DNA of 64,000 nucleotides from an uncultured Acidobacteriota bacterium (lineage in GTDB: Bacteria; Acidobacteriota; Vicinamibacteria; Marinacidobacterales; SMYC01), in contig CAWFHP010000006.1 in the NCBI GenBank assembly GCA_963815675.1, positions 448,360-512,359 of the forward strand. Reading direction: 5' to 3'. Position numbers and translations under genes: made by a program. The notes beneath the pieces are model-generated. The model was not told where the DNA came from. It did no database searches and was given only the letters and a program-made list of their open reading frames with translations. This document shows, piece after piece, positions 21,563 through 32,563 of this stretch. Position 1 is the stretch's first letter; the number at the start of each line of letters is the position of its first letter.

Positions 21563-23707
21563 CGACGCGGATATCGACCTGGGGGGCCTTTCGCTCTCCT
21601 ACGCAAACGGCAGGATATCGCGCAAGGGGCGTGCCGGGCCGACGTATAGCCCTGCGCAAAGTCGACGCCGGCCTTCTGGAGCAAAGCGGACGGTCTCGTC
21701 GTCGGTCACGAACTCCGCAATGGTCTTCTTGCTTCATGCCGCGGGCGATGCCGACGATGGCCTGGACGACGAGCTGGTCCATGGGGCTCTCCACGAGACC
21801 GCGGATGAAGTCGCCGTCGATCTTGAGGTAGTCGAAGGGCAGGTCCTTCAGGTAGTAGAAGGAGCCGAAGCCGGCGCCGAAGTCGTCGAGGGCTAGCCGG
21901 CAGCCGCAGGCGTGCAGCCGGTGGGCGAAGTCCTTGGCCTCCTCGATGTTCGCGATCGCCGCGGTCTCCGTCAGCTCGAAGACGAGCCGCGACGGATCGA
22001 TCCCGGCCTCGCCAGCGCGCCTTCGGTGAGCGCCGGCGACCGGGATTGCCGATCGATTTGCCCGAGAGGTTGACATGGAGCGCCAGTCGCGCGGCCGGCG
22101 CGCTCGTGCTCGGCGATGAGGTCGATCGCCTGGCGCGCGACCCAGCCGTCGATGGCCTGGATCAGCCCGAAGCGCTCGGCAACGTAGAGAAAGGTGCTGG
22201 GCGTGAGCGGCTCGCCGCCCTCGTCGTCCCGGAGGCGCAGCAGCACCTCGTACTGGTCGTACCTCGTTCGTCCGCAGGTCGAGGATCGGCTGGCAGTAGA
22301 GGACGAAGCGATCCTCCTCGAGCGCCGTGCGGAGCTGCTCCGCCTCGGCCTGCCGCGCGGACACCGCGCTCCCGGCTCCCCGGGGGGCGTACAAGGCGAA
22401 GCGGTTTCGGCCGGCCTCCTTGGCCTCGTACATTGCCTGGTCGGCGCACGCCAGCACCTCTACCGCCGAGAGGCCGTCGAACATGGCGAGCCCCACGCTG
22501 GCCGTGATCCGGATCGACCGATCCCCGAGCACCGCGACATGCTGGCTCAGGGCCTTGACTGTCCCGTCGGCCACGACCTGGGCCTGGTCGGCATCGGTCT
22601 GCGGGAAGAAGCACGGCGAACTCGTCTCCGCCTAGTCGCGCCAGGAGGTCCGTCTGGCGCATGCGATGCCTCAGAGGCGCTCGCCACGCCCTTGAGCAGG
22701 TCATCGCCCGCCTTGTGGCCGAAGGTGTCGTTGACATCCTTGAAATTGTCCATGTCGATCTCGAGCACGGCGGCCGGAGCTCCGTAGCGCGCGGCCCGCT
22801 CGGCCTCCCGGGAGAGCTCTTGCTCGAAACGGCGCCGGTTGAAGAGCCCGGTCAGGAAATCGTGGTCGATCAGGTACTCGAGGCGTCGCGCAAGCTCCTT
22901 CCGCTCGGAGATGTCTTGGACCTGGGAGACGACGTAGAGGAATCTGTCCTCGGCATCGCGGACGAGCGAGACGGTCACCAGCGCCCAGAAGTAATGGCCT
23001 CATGGCATGGCGGTACCGCTTCTCGATCTGGTAGCTGGGGATCCGCGCCGTCGAGCAGCTCGTGCCAAGCGTCCTCGTCGAGATCGACGTCTTCGGGATG
23101 GGTATGGCATCGCAGCGTCGTTGCCTTCACCTGCCCGCCGTGGCCCGGTGATCCGGCAGAGCGCATCGTTCACTTGCAGCCATCGGCCCTCCAAGTCCAC
23201 GAGCGCCATGCCGATGGGCGCGTTGGCGAATGCGCTCTCGAACTGGGCCTGCAGCTCGCGCAGCCCCTGTTCGTCCTTCTGGCGTTTCTTCTCGACGCGG
23301 TTACGTTCGAAGATTCGGCGGCGAAGCTCCGCGTTGGCCACTGCGAGCTCTTCCTCCGTCACCTTGCCGCCGCGAATGGCGTCCTCGAATGGCGCTCCTG
23401 TAGAGGCGAGGGGAACAATGCGACCACGCAGGGACTGCTCGAGCCCATCAGGAGCGAGGCGCAAGGTATTCGCGAGACGCTCCAGTCGGCTGATCGCCTG
23501 CTCGATGGCCTCCTGTTTGCGCCCCGTGCTGTCATGCCGCAGCGCAGCGCCGGTGGCTTCGAGCTCCTGGACCCAACTGGCCACATCCCCATCGAGCTCA
23601 ATCCGGACGTTCCGGATCCGCTGTTCTATCGACGGCAGCGCCGGGGTTTTCCGTGCAGATTTCTTGGAACGCCGAGGCTCACGTTCTGATCGACTGTCCA
23701 TTGACAA
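21436..23707 (-). pseudogene. Coiled-coil-PAS-GGDEF-EAL signalling protein, fragmented over at least 5 frames
   Basis: The PAS (FESAFANAPIGMALVDLEGRWLQVND), GGDEF (DHDFLTGLFNRRRFEQEL; RLGGDEFAVLL) and EAL (FVLYCQPILDL; LVFELTETAAIA; LKIDGDFIRGL; AQGY) pieces lie in ORFs 23000..23707, 22547..22978, 22162..22737, 21333..22574, 21971..22246 and 21436..21684. Confidence 0.6.
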
Positions 23708-23923
23708 ACTCCAACCTGCAAATTTTTTTCTTGATTATAACATCCGAATATTCGGCTGTTCAATACCCATGCCCCGACCGCTGAACCCCCCTTATCCCAA
23801 CCATGAAGCGAGCTCTTCGCCGAAAGATCGTGGTATGCTGCCGCGCCGCGGCGGCGCGGAACGTGAGCAAGGGGCACGACGGCTGCGCCGGCGTCGATTC
23901 CGCGACAGCCTCTCGAAAGGGAC

Positions 23924-25783
23924 ATGAAGATGACTGCGCCGACCGACCGCCGCCGATTCTTGCGTACGAGCGTCATCGGAGGCCTCGCGTTGACGCTGTC
24001 CGGCAAACGCTCGGCCCAAGGAGCCAGTTCCGGGTCGTCGTGCCGGGAACCTCTGCTTCCTCAGGAAGCTCCCGACCCTCGCTCCCGTCTCCGGCAGCTC
24101 GAGAGGACACGCAGCCTCTATATCTACGATTACGAGCGAATTCCCTCGCTGCCCATGGTGGAAAAGGTGCCTCCCCCGGACGCGTTCTCGCTCCCGTGGC
24201 TCCTCCAGGCGGGAGATCGCGTGGGGGACCTCGTCCGAAACTTCACGACCAGGCCCGGCATGACGGGGGCGGTCGCTTGGCGTCGCGCCGCCGAGATACT
24301 CTCGCGCGGCGCCGAGCTCGACGCGGGCCGGCTACTGGATGTCGCACGGCAATCGGCGTCTGCTCGAACGGGGCTCGATCGCGATCGCCCCCAGAGCCTG
24401 GACGACTACGCGGCGCTGTTTCGAACCATCGAGCCGCCCGGAATCATCGAGACTTTCCAGGACGATCGTGTTTTTGCGCTTCAGCGCGTGGCTGGGCCCA
24501 ATCCACTGGTGATTCGACAGGTCGCCGGACTCGACGACCGGTTCCCGGTCACGGAAGCGATGTACCGCTCCGTTCTACGGCACGACCGGCTCGATGCCGC
24601 GGCCAAGGAAGGTCGACTCTATCTCGCCGACTATGGCCAGCTCAACGGCGTCGAGAGAGGATTCTACCGCGGAGCCCCCAAGTTCCTCTCCGCCCCGCTC
24701 GCTCTGTTCGCGGTCGATCGACGGACGGGCGAGCTCGTTCCGATTGCGATTCAGTGCGAGCAGGAACCGGGCCCCGACAATCCGATTCTCACGAAGGATG
24801 ACGGTCACGCCTGGTCGATGGCCAAGACCCTCGTCCAGATCGCCGACGCCAACCTGCACGAGGCCGTCAGCCATCTCGGTCGCACGCACTTGTTCATCGA
24901 GCCCTTCGTGATCGCCACCGAGCGTCAGCTCGCGGAGAACCATCCTCTCCGACTCCTCCTGCGACCCCACTTCGAGGGAACGCTCGCCATCAACGAGCTC
25001 GCCCACAGACAATTGCTGGCTCCCGGCGGATTCGTGGACGAGCTCCTCGCGGGAACGCTGGAAGCCTCCTTGAGGCTCGCCGTCGAAGGAATACGAACCT
25101 ACGCCTTCGACGAAGCGATGCTGCCGAAAGCACTTCGATCGCGCGGAGTCGACGACCCCGGCGCTCTCCCGAGCTACCCCTATCGCGACGACGCGCTCCT
25201 CTACTGGAACGCGATCCGCGCCTGGGTACGCGACTATCTCGGGATCTACTATCGATCGGACGCGGATGTGCGGGACGACTTCGAGCTCGCCGGCTGGTAT
25301 CGGGAGCTCGTCGCTGCCGACGGCGGTCGTGTCACCGGTTTCGGTCGGGGTGACTCCATCGGAGGTCTGGACGAGGTCATCGATGCCGCCACCCTCCTCG
25401 TTTTCACGTCGAGCGTTCAGCACGCGGCACTGAACTTCCCTCAGTTCGATCTCATGACGTACGTCCCCAACATGCCGCTCGCGGGCTTCGCCCCGGCGCC
25501 CGCGTCCAGGGACGCCGACGAGCAGGACTTTCTCGATCTGCTTCCACCGATTCCTTCCGCGCGTCTCCAGCTCGTGATTCTCTATCTGCTGGGAACGGTC
25601 CACCACACGACGCTCGGCATGTATCGGGAAGAGGAGCTCTGCGATCCCCGGCTCCGGCGACCTCTCGCGAAATTTCGACACGAGCTCGATCGGATCGGCC
25701 GAATCATCGAGCAACGCAACCGCGTCCGCCCGCCCTACCCGTTCCTCGAGCGCCAGGGAATTCCGCAGAGCATCAATATTTGA
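23924..25783 (+). CDS. Lipoxygenase (Tat-secreted, bacterial mini-LOX)
   Basis: Intact 619-aa ORF. Tat signal (RRRFLRTSVIGGLALTL). Exact LOX iron-site spacing H-x4-H-x4-H-x17-H-x8-H (HEAVSHLGRTH...NH...PH). C-terminal isoleucine (IPQSINI). Confidence 0.85.
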   Translation: MKMTAPTDRRRFLRTSVIGGLALTLSGKRSAQGASSGSSCREPLLPQEAPDPRSRLRQLERTRSLYIYDYERIPSLPMVEKVPPPDAFSLPWLLQAGDRVGDLVRNFTTRPGMTGAVAWRRAAEILSRGAELDAGRLLDVARQSASARTGLDRDRPQSLDDYAALFRTIEPPGIIETFQDDRVFALQRVAGPNPLVIRQVAGLDDRFPVTEAMYRSVLRHDRLDAAAKEGRLYLADYGQLNGVERGFYRGAPKFLSAPLALFAVDRRTGELVPIAIQCEQEPGPDNPILTKDDGHAWSMAKTLVQIADANLHEAVSHLGRTHLFIEPFVIATERQLAENHPLRLLLRPHFEGTLAINELAHRQLLAPGGFVDELLAGTLEASLRLAVEGIRTYAFDEAMLPKALRSRGVDDPGALPSYPYRDDALLYWNAIRAWVRDYLGIYYRSDADVRDDFELAGWYRELVAADGGRVTGFGRGDSIGGLDEVIDAATLLVFTSSVQHAALNFPQFDLMTYVPNMPLAGFAPAPASRDADEQDFLDLLPPIPSARLQLVILYLLGTVHHTTLGMYREEELCDPRLRRPLAKFRHELDRIGRIIEQRNRVRPPYPFLERQGIPQSINI

Positions 25784-25831
25784 GCGCGGAGCGGCCTATA
25801 CGGCGGCATAGCCAGCTCTCGGCCCGCCCGC

Positions 25832-26122
25832 TCAGCGGTTGAAGGCCTGTCTCGCGCGCGCCGCCTGAATCTCGTGCAAGGTCTGCATGATGTTGAAAGC
25901 AGTCATCTCCACCAGGACCCGGGTGACCTTGTCGTGGAGCTCGTCGGAAAGCTGCCCCTCCACCGCCTTCATCGCCGCCGTCAGGCGAGACTGCTGTTCT
26001 TCCAGCTCCCGGTTTTCCACCACACCATCCGCCATCGCCTGGGTGAAAGAGGCGAGTTTCTGGACCATCTCGTCGATGGCGGGAAGATCGGATTTGTCGT
26101 TCAACCAGCTCGCACGCGCCAT
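25832..26122 (-). CDS. Small all-helical hypothetical protein (96 aa)
   Basis: Clean ORF ~200 bp downstream of the AAA ATPase on the same strand. No recognisable motif. Confidence 0.4.
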   Translation of the reverse strand: MARASWLNDKSDLPAIDEMVQKLASFTQAMADGVVENRELEEQQSRLTAAMKAVEGQLSDELHDKVTRVLVEMTAFNIMQTLHEIQAARARQAFNR

Positions 26123-26328
26123 GATCGCGACTCCTTTTCCTGAATGGCATCTACTGCATTAGTGCCGTGGGGCTCCACCCCCACGGCTTCTAGTGTCGTC
26201 GGCCCATCTGCCAGTGCGCGCTCTCTCCTCGTTCGCGCGCTGTCCTCCGCTCGCAGGCTCGCTGCGGACGGCGGCGGGCCGTGCTTCCTCCGGTCGCGCA
26301 GGGTGCGTGTGACTCTTTCAGCACCCTG

Positions 26329-28143
26329 CTACAGACTCTCTACCATCCGCTTGAGGAGCGTGAGACGCTCCTGCAATTTGCTCCGTCCGCCCTGTTTCTC
26401 GACGCGGGCAAGCGTCTCGGTCGTGAGGAACTGGCGGTCGGTACACTCGAGAATCGCCGCGACTTCCTGGAGCTCGCGCTCCAGACCTTGCGTCGAAGGC
26501 ATGAACTGCTTGATCACTTCCGCGAGAGTCTCACGGGTGATCGCGGACTGTCCCGCCAGCAGGGAACGCCGGAGCGCGCGGCCAACCATCCCCTCGATGT
26601 CGGCGCCGGAGAGCTCCCCGCGCTGAGGGATCTCGGGAACGTCCTCGATCGAGAGCACGGCGCCGAGCTTTTTCGCCAGAATCACGAACATCGATCGGAT
26701 CTCGTTCTCGTCGGTGGGATAAAAAAGCGGGATGTGTACCTCCGCTCGCCCCTGACGCTTGATGTCGATCGGGAGGAGGTCGGGCCTGCAGGTGAGCAGC
26801 ATCCAGAGGATCTGGCCGCGGTAGCGCGTGTCTCCCATCTGAGCGGCGATCATCGCGAAGACGCGGCTCGACGTACCCGAGTCGCCGTCTTGATCGCGGT
26901 TGCCGAGCGCCGCGTCGGCCTCATCGACCACCACCACCACCGGCCCCATCGCCCGGAGCACCGAGAGCACGCGCTCCAGGTTCCCCTCGGTCTCACCCAC
27001 GTACTTGGAACGGAAGTTCTTGAGCACGACGCAGGGAATTCCAATCTCGCCGGTAGCGCACTGGGCGAGAAAGGTCTTCCCCGTCCCCACCGGTCCGCAG
27101 ACCAGGTACCCCATGGGCAGGCTCTCGAGCGCTCCCCGCTTGAGCAGAGCGGCGTCTTCCCGGAGCCGGCCTTTGGCGCCCTCGTGGCCGATCACGAAGT
27201 CCAGGGTCCACCGCGGCTCGATGAACTCGAGAAGCCCTTGACACTGCCTCTCGATGAGGCGCTTCTTCAGCTCGCGAAACACCTTCTCGTCGAGTCTGCG
27301 GCCGCCTTCGACGGTGGATTGGATGAGGACGTTCACGTCAGTGAGTGAAATCCCGGCGGTGAGCTTGGCGAGCTCCGGCACCTCGAAATCGGAGAACTGC
27401 TTGAGATCGCGCTTCCCCACGGTGAAGCGGATGAAGCGCTCCCTCTCCGCCTGTTCGGGAAGAGGCACCTCAATCGCGGCCACGTGCAGGCTCCCGGAGA
27501 GACGCTCGGATACGGAGGAGAGCTTCTCTTCCACGAGAACGAAGGCCATGTTGAGCCGCTTCACGTGGGGGCTCGACGCCCAGTTGAGGAGGGTGACGAG
27601 ATTGGTGGAAGCGGATAGCGAAAGCTGACCCGGCTCTCCCGCCGGCGCGATGTACGAGGCGTGGTCGATGACGATCGCCATCGACAATCGGGCGTCTTCG
27701 GGCGCCATGACGTTGAGATAGACGGCGCGGTCGAGAGCGGAGAGCACCGAGGCCGGGTCCTTCTTCAGCTGCGAGAGGTCTCCTACCTTCCGGTTGGCGA
27801 GGGCGACCATGTCCTTCAGCCGATCGCCGTCGCGGCCGGACAGCGCCCTCAGCCCGCGCGCGAGGTCGTAGTGGAGCACGAGATTCCAGCGACCGAAGAT
27901 CTGCTCCGCCAGAAACTCGGAAAGAGTGACGTAGCGGGCATCCGCCTCCTCACCGCTCGGGACGAAGTCCTGCACGTTTCCATGCAGGATGAACATCGAC
28001 GTCGTTCCCGAGAAGTAGAGCTCGCCCATCCGACGGGCCCAGCCGGGAAGCCAGGCGGGGAGCGCTGCCGGCGTTCCCAATGGGTGCGTCTCGCGCTCGG
28101 CGGGAAGCGCACCACCCTGCTCGGGATCGGCCTCAGGCTTCAC
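26329..28143 (-). CDS. Classic-clade AAA+ ATPase with a large (~330 aa) N-terminal domain
   Basis: Walker A (GPVGTGKT), Walker B (VVVVDEAD) and second region of homology are present. SKYVGETEGNLERV is typical of the FtsH/Vps4/CDC48 clade. The N-terminal domain contains a degenerate P-loop-like ILHGNVQD. There is no protease or sigma-54 activator domain. Confidence 0.75.
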   Translation of the reverse strand: MKPEADPEQGGALPAERETHPLGTPAALPAWLPGWARRMGELYFSGTTSMFILHGNVQDFVPSGEEADARYVTLSEFLAEQIFGRWNLVLHYDLARGLRALSGRDGDRLKDMVALANRKVGDLSQLKKDPASVLSALDRAVYLNVMAPEDARLSMAIVIDHASYIAPAGEPGQLSLSASTNLVTLLNWASSPHVKRLNMAFVLVEEKLSSVSERLSGSLHVAAIEVPLPEQAERERFIRFTVGKRDLKQFSDFEVPELAKLTAGISLTDVNVLIQSTVEGGRRLDEKVFRELKKRLIERQCQGLLEFIEPRWTLDFVIGHEGAKGRLREDAALLKRGALESLPMGYLVCGPVGTGKTFLAQCATGEIGIPCVVLKNFRSKYVGETEGNLERVLSVLRAMGPVVVVVDEADAALGNRDQDGDSGTSSRVFAMIAAQMGDTRYRGQILWMLLTCRPDLLPIDIKRQGRAEVHIPLFYPTDENEIRSMFVILAKKLGAVLSIEDVPEIPQRGELSGADIEGMVGRALRRSLLAGQSAITRETLAEVIKQFMPSTQGLERELQEVAAILECTDRQFLTTETLARVEKQGGRSKLQERLTLLKRMVESL

Positions 28144-29094
28144 TTCGCTGTACTCCTCTCCAGTCGGTGTCGAGAATCGCCGGCGGCTCTTCCAGCTCGT
28201 CAGAGAGGCCGGTGATGTGCTGAAGCTCGCCCATGGCTTTTTCCGTCTGCCGCATGCTCTCGGCGACGGAATCGACCTGGCTGCTGAGGAAATCCGGGTC
28301 CTGGCGGTTCACCGCCGTCTCGGTGAGAACCTGGATCTTTCCCTCGATGCGATCGAGCTCGATGGCGACGAACTCGGCGTTCTTCTTCGCTTTGCGGTAG
28401 TTCTCGAGCCTGAGCTCGTTGACCGCCACGCTGTCCTGAAGAGATCGAATCATCCGTTCGTCGCCCTGGCCCTCGCTGGCCCTGGCCCTGAGTTTGAGTT
28501 TGAGTTTGAGCGGCGAGATTTTTCTTCAGCTCCTCGACTCGGTTGGTCATTTCCTTCTCATTCGTCGACCGGAGAAACCGCTCGAGCGCGTCCTGCGAGC
28601 GCAGCAAACGGAGGAAGAGCCAGAGAAGACGGTCGAGTACCGGCGTGCGGATCTCCTCGCCCACCGTTGCTCCCTGCGCGCCCGTGCCGCCGCGTACTCC
28701 ATGGGCGATGGCCCGCATTTCGACGCAGCGAGCACGCAGCTGATCGAATCGCTTGCCGCGCGTCGTTCGGAAGGCTGTCGAGGATCTCGGCCACCGAGCG
28801 CATCGCCGGCGGCGGCGGTCCGGAGACGACGTGCCCCTTCGCTTCCTGGTGCACTCGGGCGTCGATGGCCGCGCGAAACCTGGGAATGGAGACGAGTCCG
28901 GCCAGGTAGGTGAGCTCCCCCGCCGCCACCAGAGGCAGGAGCGCACCCGGCAGGGGAGAGAGGATCGCCGCTGCGCTCGCTCCCATGAAGAGGAGAAGGT
29001 TCCAGCGAAAGAAGAAGGCCTGCTTGAGATACTCACCCAGGCCGGCACCCTCTCGCAGAGGTCGTTTCGGCAGGCCGAGCCCGGGCGTGGTCAT
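28133..29094 (-). CDS. Membrane-anchored coiled-coil hypothetical protein with a PspA-C-terminus-like tail; 2 apparent frame changes
   Basis: ATG at 29094 lies 7 nt after the ABC ATPase stop. One or two TM helices (FFFRWNLLLFMGASAAAILSPLPGALLPLVAAG), a (QT)3(GQ)2 linker encoded by hexamer repeats, and a helical C-terminus (ORF 28133..28453). The pieces sit in ORFs 28558..29400, 28200..29048 and 28133..28453. Confidence 0.5.
28461..28509. repeat. Adjacent short tandem repeats (CCCTGG/CTGGCC x~3, then AGTTTG x3) in the linker of the membrane coiled-coil gene
   Basis: Read directly. Encode (QT)3(GQ)2 on the minus strand. A frame change is inferred here. Confidence 0.8.
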
Positions 29095-29101
29095 GCTGCG
29101 G

Positions 29102-29971
29102 CTACTCGTCTCCGGCTCGTGTGGAAGACTCGAGCTTCTCGACGATATCCCGAATCTCCCAGACCCGCTCGAGGAAGTCGGGCTTGCGCTCCATTTCCCG
29201 CGGTGGAAGGGCCGGGGGTGGCATCTCCATCTCGCGCAAGATGGTTCCTGGAGACGAGGAGAAGATGTAGACGCGGTCGCCGAGGTAGACCGCTTCCTCG
29301 ATCGAGTGGGTAATGAAGAAGACCGTCGCCTCGTTCTCTCTCCACAGATCGACGAGGAGCTCCTGCATGTTGAGCCGGGTCGGAGGGTCGAGGGCACCAA
29401 AGGGCTCGTCCATGAGAATGATTCGGGGAGAGAGGATGAGGGTCCGCGCGATCGCCACCCGCTGCCTCATTCCACCCGAGAGCTGATGGGGAAACTTGTC
29501 GGCATCGCGCTTCACGTCGAGGCCGACCTTGCCGATCCACTGCCGGGCGCGGGTGTAGCGCTCCTCGGCGTCGACCCCGCGGCACTCGAGACCGAACGCC
29601 ACGTTGTCGAGAACCGAGCGGTTGTCGAACGAGGTGTAGTCCTGAAAAACCATGCCGCGATCCGAGCCCGGTCCCGAGACCGGCTTCCCGTCCACCAGCA
29701 CTTCCCCTTGGCTCGCCGGGTGATGGGGCCTCAACCCGGCGATGAGGCGCAGCACCGTCGACTTGCCGCATCCGGATGGACCGAGGATGGCGACGAACTC
29801 GCCGCGATCGGGTCGATCCTTGACGGTGAAGGTCACGTCCCGGATGGCAGTGAAGCCGTTCTGCGGATCGCCGAAACGCTTGGTCACGTTTCTGAACTCG
29901 ACCACCGCCCGGAGCTCCGCCGACGGATCGGCCCCGGCGGGCGAGGACGGCGCCTTCTCCGCCACGCTCAC
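29102..29971 (-). CDS. ABC transporter ATP-binding protein (NitT/TauT SsuB-like)
   Basis: Walker A GPSGCGKST, signature LSGGMRQR, Walker B ILMDEPFGALD. GTG start at 29971 overlaps the permease stop (GTGA). Confidence 0.85.
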   Translation of the reverse strand: MSVAEKAPSSPAGADPSAELRAVVEFRNVTKRFGDPQNGFTAIRDVTFTVKDRPDRGEFVAILGPSGCGKSTVLRLIAGLRPHHPASQGEVLVDGKPVSGPGSDRGMVFQDYTSFDNRSVLDNVAFGLECRGVDAEERYTRARQWIGKVGLDVKRDADKFPHQLSGGMRQRVAIARTLILSPRIILMDEPFGALDPPTRLNMQELLVDLWRENEATVFFITHSIEEAVYLGDRVYIFSSSPGTILREMEMPPPALPPREMERKPDFLERVWEIRDIVEKLESSTRAGDE

Positions 29972-30792
29972 TCTTCCTCCTGTCGATAAGGAAACAACCC
30001 CTTCTGGAACCACAGGAGCACCCGATCGATTCCGTACGCGAGCGCGCCGATGATCAACAGGATGAGAATGATGTGCTCCGAAAGCCCACGCCGCTGGCTC
30101 GTCATCAACAGGTATCCGAGACCATGCTTGGCGTTGATCAGCTCGGCCAGCATGATGTAGCCGAAGGCCATCCCGAAGAGCGAGCGCAGGCTCGCATAGA
30201 TGTCGGGCATCGCGAGCGCCACCAGCACCTTCCACACCACCTGCGAGGGGCGCGCCCCGAGCGTCTCGGCGGTCTCCACATAACGTTCATGGACGCCGGC
30301 CACGGCCCGCACGGTGTCGGCAAAAACGAAAGGCACGCAGGCAATGAACAGGAACATGACCTTCTGCAGCTCGTCGATTCCGAACCAGACGATGGTGAGC
30401 GGGATGAGGGCCGCCACCGGGATGTTCCGCCCGAAGAGCGAAATCGGCGCGCTCGCCGCGTCGACGACCCTCCAGGCTCCGGCCATGATGCCGAGGGGCA
30501 CCCCCACGAGGGCGGCGAGGCCGAATCCAATCAAGACGCGGCGTAGAGTCGCGGCGATGCTGGCGAAGAGCCCCCGATCGCGCACCAGCAATCCGAGGCT
30601 TCCCACTACTTCTCCCGGGCTCGGCAGGATTACCGGCGAGAGGATACGAGCCTCCGGCGTCGGGCCCCGGGTAAGGGCCCACCAGACGACGACGAGCATC
30701 GCGACCGTTCCCGCTCCCAGGAGCCGGGCCACGAGGGGAGAGGGAACGACCCGTAGCTCGAGAAGCCCGGGCCGAGCGTCCTGGGTCATGTT
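29968..30792 (-). CDS. ABC transporter permease (NitT/TauT SsuC-like)
   Basis: ~274 aa with 6 TM helices and a BPD-transporter EAA-like loop. Its start overlaps the binding-protein gene stop. Confidence 0.8.
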   Translation of the reverse strand, partial: NMTQDARPGLLELRVVPSPLVARLLGAGTVAMLVVVWWALTRGPTPEARILSPVILPSPGEVVGSLGLLVRDRGLFASIAATLRRVLIGFGLAALVGVPLGIMAGAWRVVDAASAPISLFGRNIPVAALIPLTIVWFGIDELQKVMFLFIACVPFVFADTVRAVAGVHERYVETAETLGARPSQVVWKVLVALAMPDIYASLRSLFGMAFGYIMLAELINAKHGLGYLLMTSQRRGLSEHIILILLIIGALAYGIDRVLLWFQKGLFPYRQEEE

Positions 30793-32532
30793 CAGTTGCC
30801 CGTGGGCGTGGCTTCCGCCGGAAAGACCTTGATCTCCACCCGGCGATTCTTCGCCTGATTCAACGGATCCTGCGGATCGGCAGGACGATCCCAACCCATG
30901 CCCGACGTCGAGAACTGGTTTGGCTGGAGAGTCTTGAACTTCCGCAGGATGGCCTCTTTGACCGAGTTGGCTCGGTTGCGCGAGAGCTCCTTCACCAGGT
31001 TATCCGGCGTTCTCCCCTTCATGGAGGAGTCGGTATGGCCCTCGATGACGATGCGCGCGGCCCCGTATTGGCCGGCGAGCTTTCCGACCTCTTCGACGAC
31101 GAAGTCGGCGTTGGGATCGTAGAGCTCCTCGCGATCCTTCCCGTCCACGTTCTTCGTGATCTTCTTGTTCAAGTCCCACGAGTTGGGGAAGAAATGGATG
31201 ACCACGGTCTTGGTGAGGATCTCGTTGCTTTCGGCCTCGATCGCGCCGGCGGGCGAGGGAGCGAACTGAACGTCGTACTCGTTGCGCTGATTGGCGTACT
31301 TCGCTTCGTTTCCCAGCTTCTGGATGACCGAGAAGTCCATGACCTGGTCGAAAGGAGTCTTGTCGCTCACCACTCCGATCTTCTTGTACAGGAAGTACGC
31401 GGTGTTCCAGGTACGCTCGAAATTGGTGGGGTTGTTCTGGTTCAGGAAGAACTCGCGGTTCTCGGCGTAGTTGGTGGAGTGAGCGTCCCCGAGCATGCCG
31501 AGCGCGTCCGTTTCCGGAATGGAATAGCCGTCAGCCATGAGCTTGGCGGCTTTCTGTTTGGCATCTTGCTGCTTCAAGTCGACCATGGCATCGAGGATGC
31601 CGCGCACCAGGCCCTCGGTGATGTCGGGGTTATCCTTGGCGAAGTCGGCCCGGGCGAACCAGACGTCGGCAATGAGCTTGTTGGCCGTTGCGGTCGTGAC
31701 GAGAAGGCGGTTGCCTTTGATGTTTTCCAGGTTGTAGATGTCCGGTGCCCAGCTCACGCATCCAGCGATGGACTTGTCGGCGTTGAAGGCGGCCGCTGCC
31801 TGGAACGCGTCCTGGGTGAACTTGAAATCCACCTCCCCTGGCTGCACACCGGAGTTGATGAGCGCGTTCAGCGCGAAGAAATGCGAGGGCGAGTTCTGCG
31901 CCAGCACGAGAGTTTTTCCGCGCAGGTCGGACATGGTCTTGATGCTGTCGCGCACCACGATCCCGTCTCCGCCATTGGACCAGTCGATTTGCTGGAACAC
32001 GCGCGGCATCACCCGGGAGTCCTTTCTCAAGCCCCTCGAGAAACAGGGGGATCATGTCCAGCGTGGCCCATCCGACATGGACGTTGCCGGCGGCATAGGC
32101 GTCGCGCATGGCCACCGGATCGTCGATCAAAACCAGCTCCACTTTGAAGTCCTTGCCGGTCGGGGTCTTCCACGCCTTGCCCGGCTTGAAGCCATCGTTG
32201 GCATAGATGATCGGGCTCCAACCGGCCCAGACGTTGATGGCGAAGCGCACGGTGCGGTCGGCCATGGGCTTGTAGTTGGAGATCCCCGAGACCTCGGGGA
32301 GCTTCGCCGCCGGAACGTAGTTGTACTCCTTGACGGTGGTGATGCCCCCGCTGTCGGGAGCCTCGGCGCCGCCCACCGCGTTTTGCAGGTCCTGCTGGCT
32401 GATCTTGGCGCCGCCCTCACCGCTGGTTCCGAGGGCTCCGAACCGCCAGAGCGCGAGGCCGACCAGGCCCAGGATGACGACCAGCACCGCGAGATAGAAG
32501 GACGGTTTTGGCTTTCCGCTCGACATCTTCAA
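30792..32532 (-). CDS. ABC substrate-binding protein (NMT1/SsuA-like) fused to a C-terminal OmpA-like peptidoglycan-binding domain; apparent frame change near 32035
   Basis: Signal-anchor N-terminus (ORF 31630..32532) continues into the SBP body (ORF 30792..32030) across a GGGGG run. C-terminus is OmpA-like (IVIEGHTDSSMKGRTPDNLVKELSRNRANSVKEAIL...NRRVEIKV). Confidence 0.65.
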
Positions 32533-32563
32533 ACCTCCGAAGGGGACTCGCGTCCAGACGCGA

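Noticed and set aside
21333-23927. Plus-strand ORFs 22046..22507, 22194..22787, 22661..23689, 23007..23927
   Set aside because: They are antisense to the PAS-GGDEF-EAL remnant and have Ala/Arg/Ser-rich composition. High GC content explains their length.
26281-30546. Plus-strand ORFs (26281..27348, 28910..29989, 29091..29771 minus-frame duplicates, 30073..30546)
   Set aside because: They lie opposite or out of frame to well-supported AAA and ABC genes, with no motifs.
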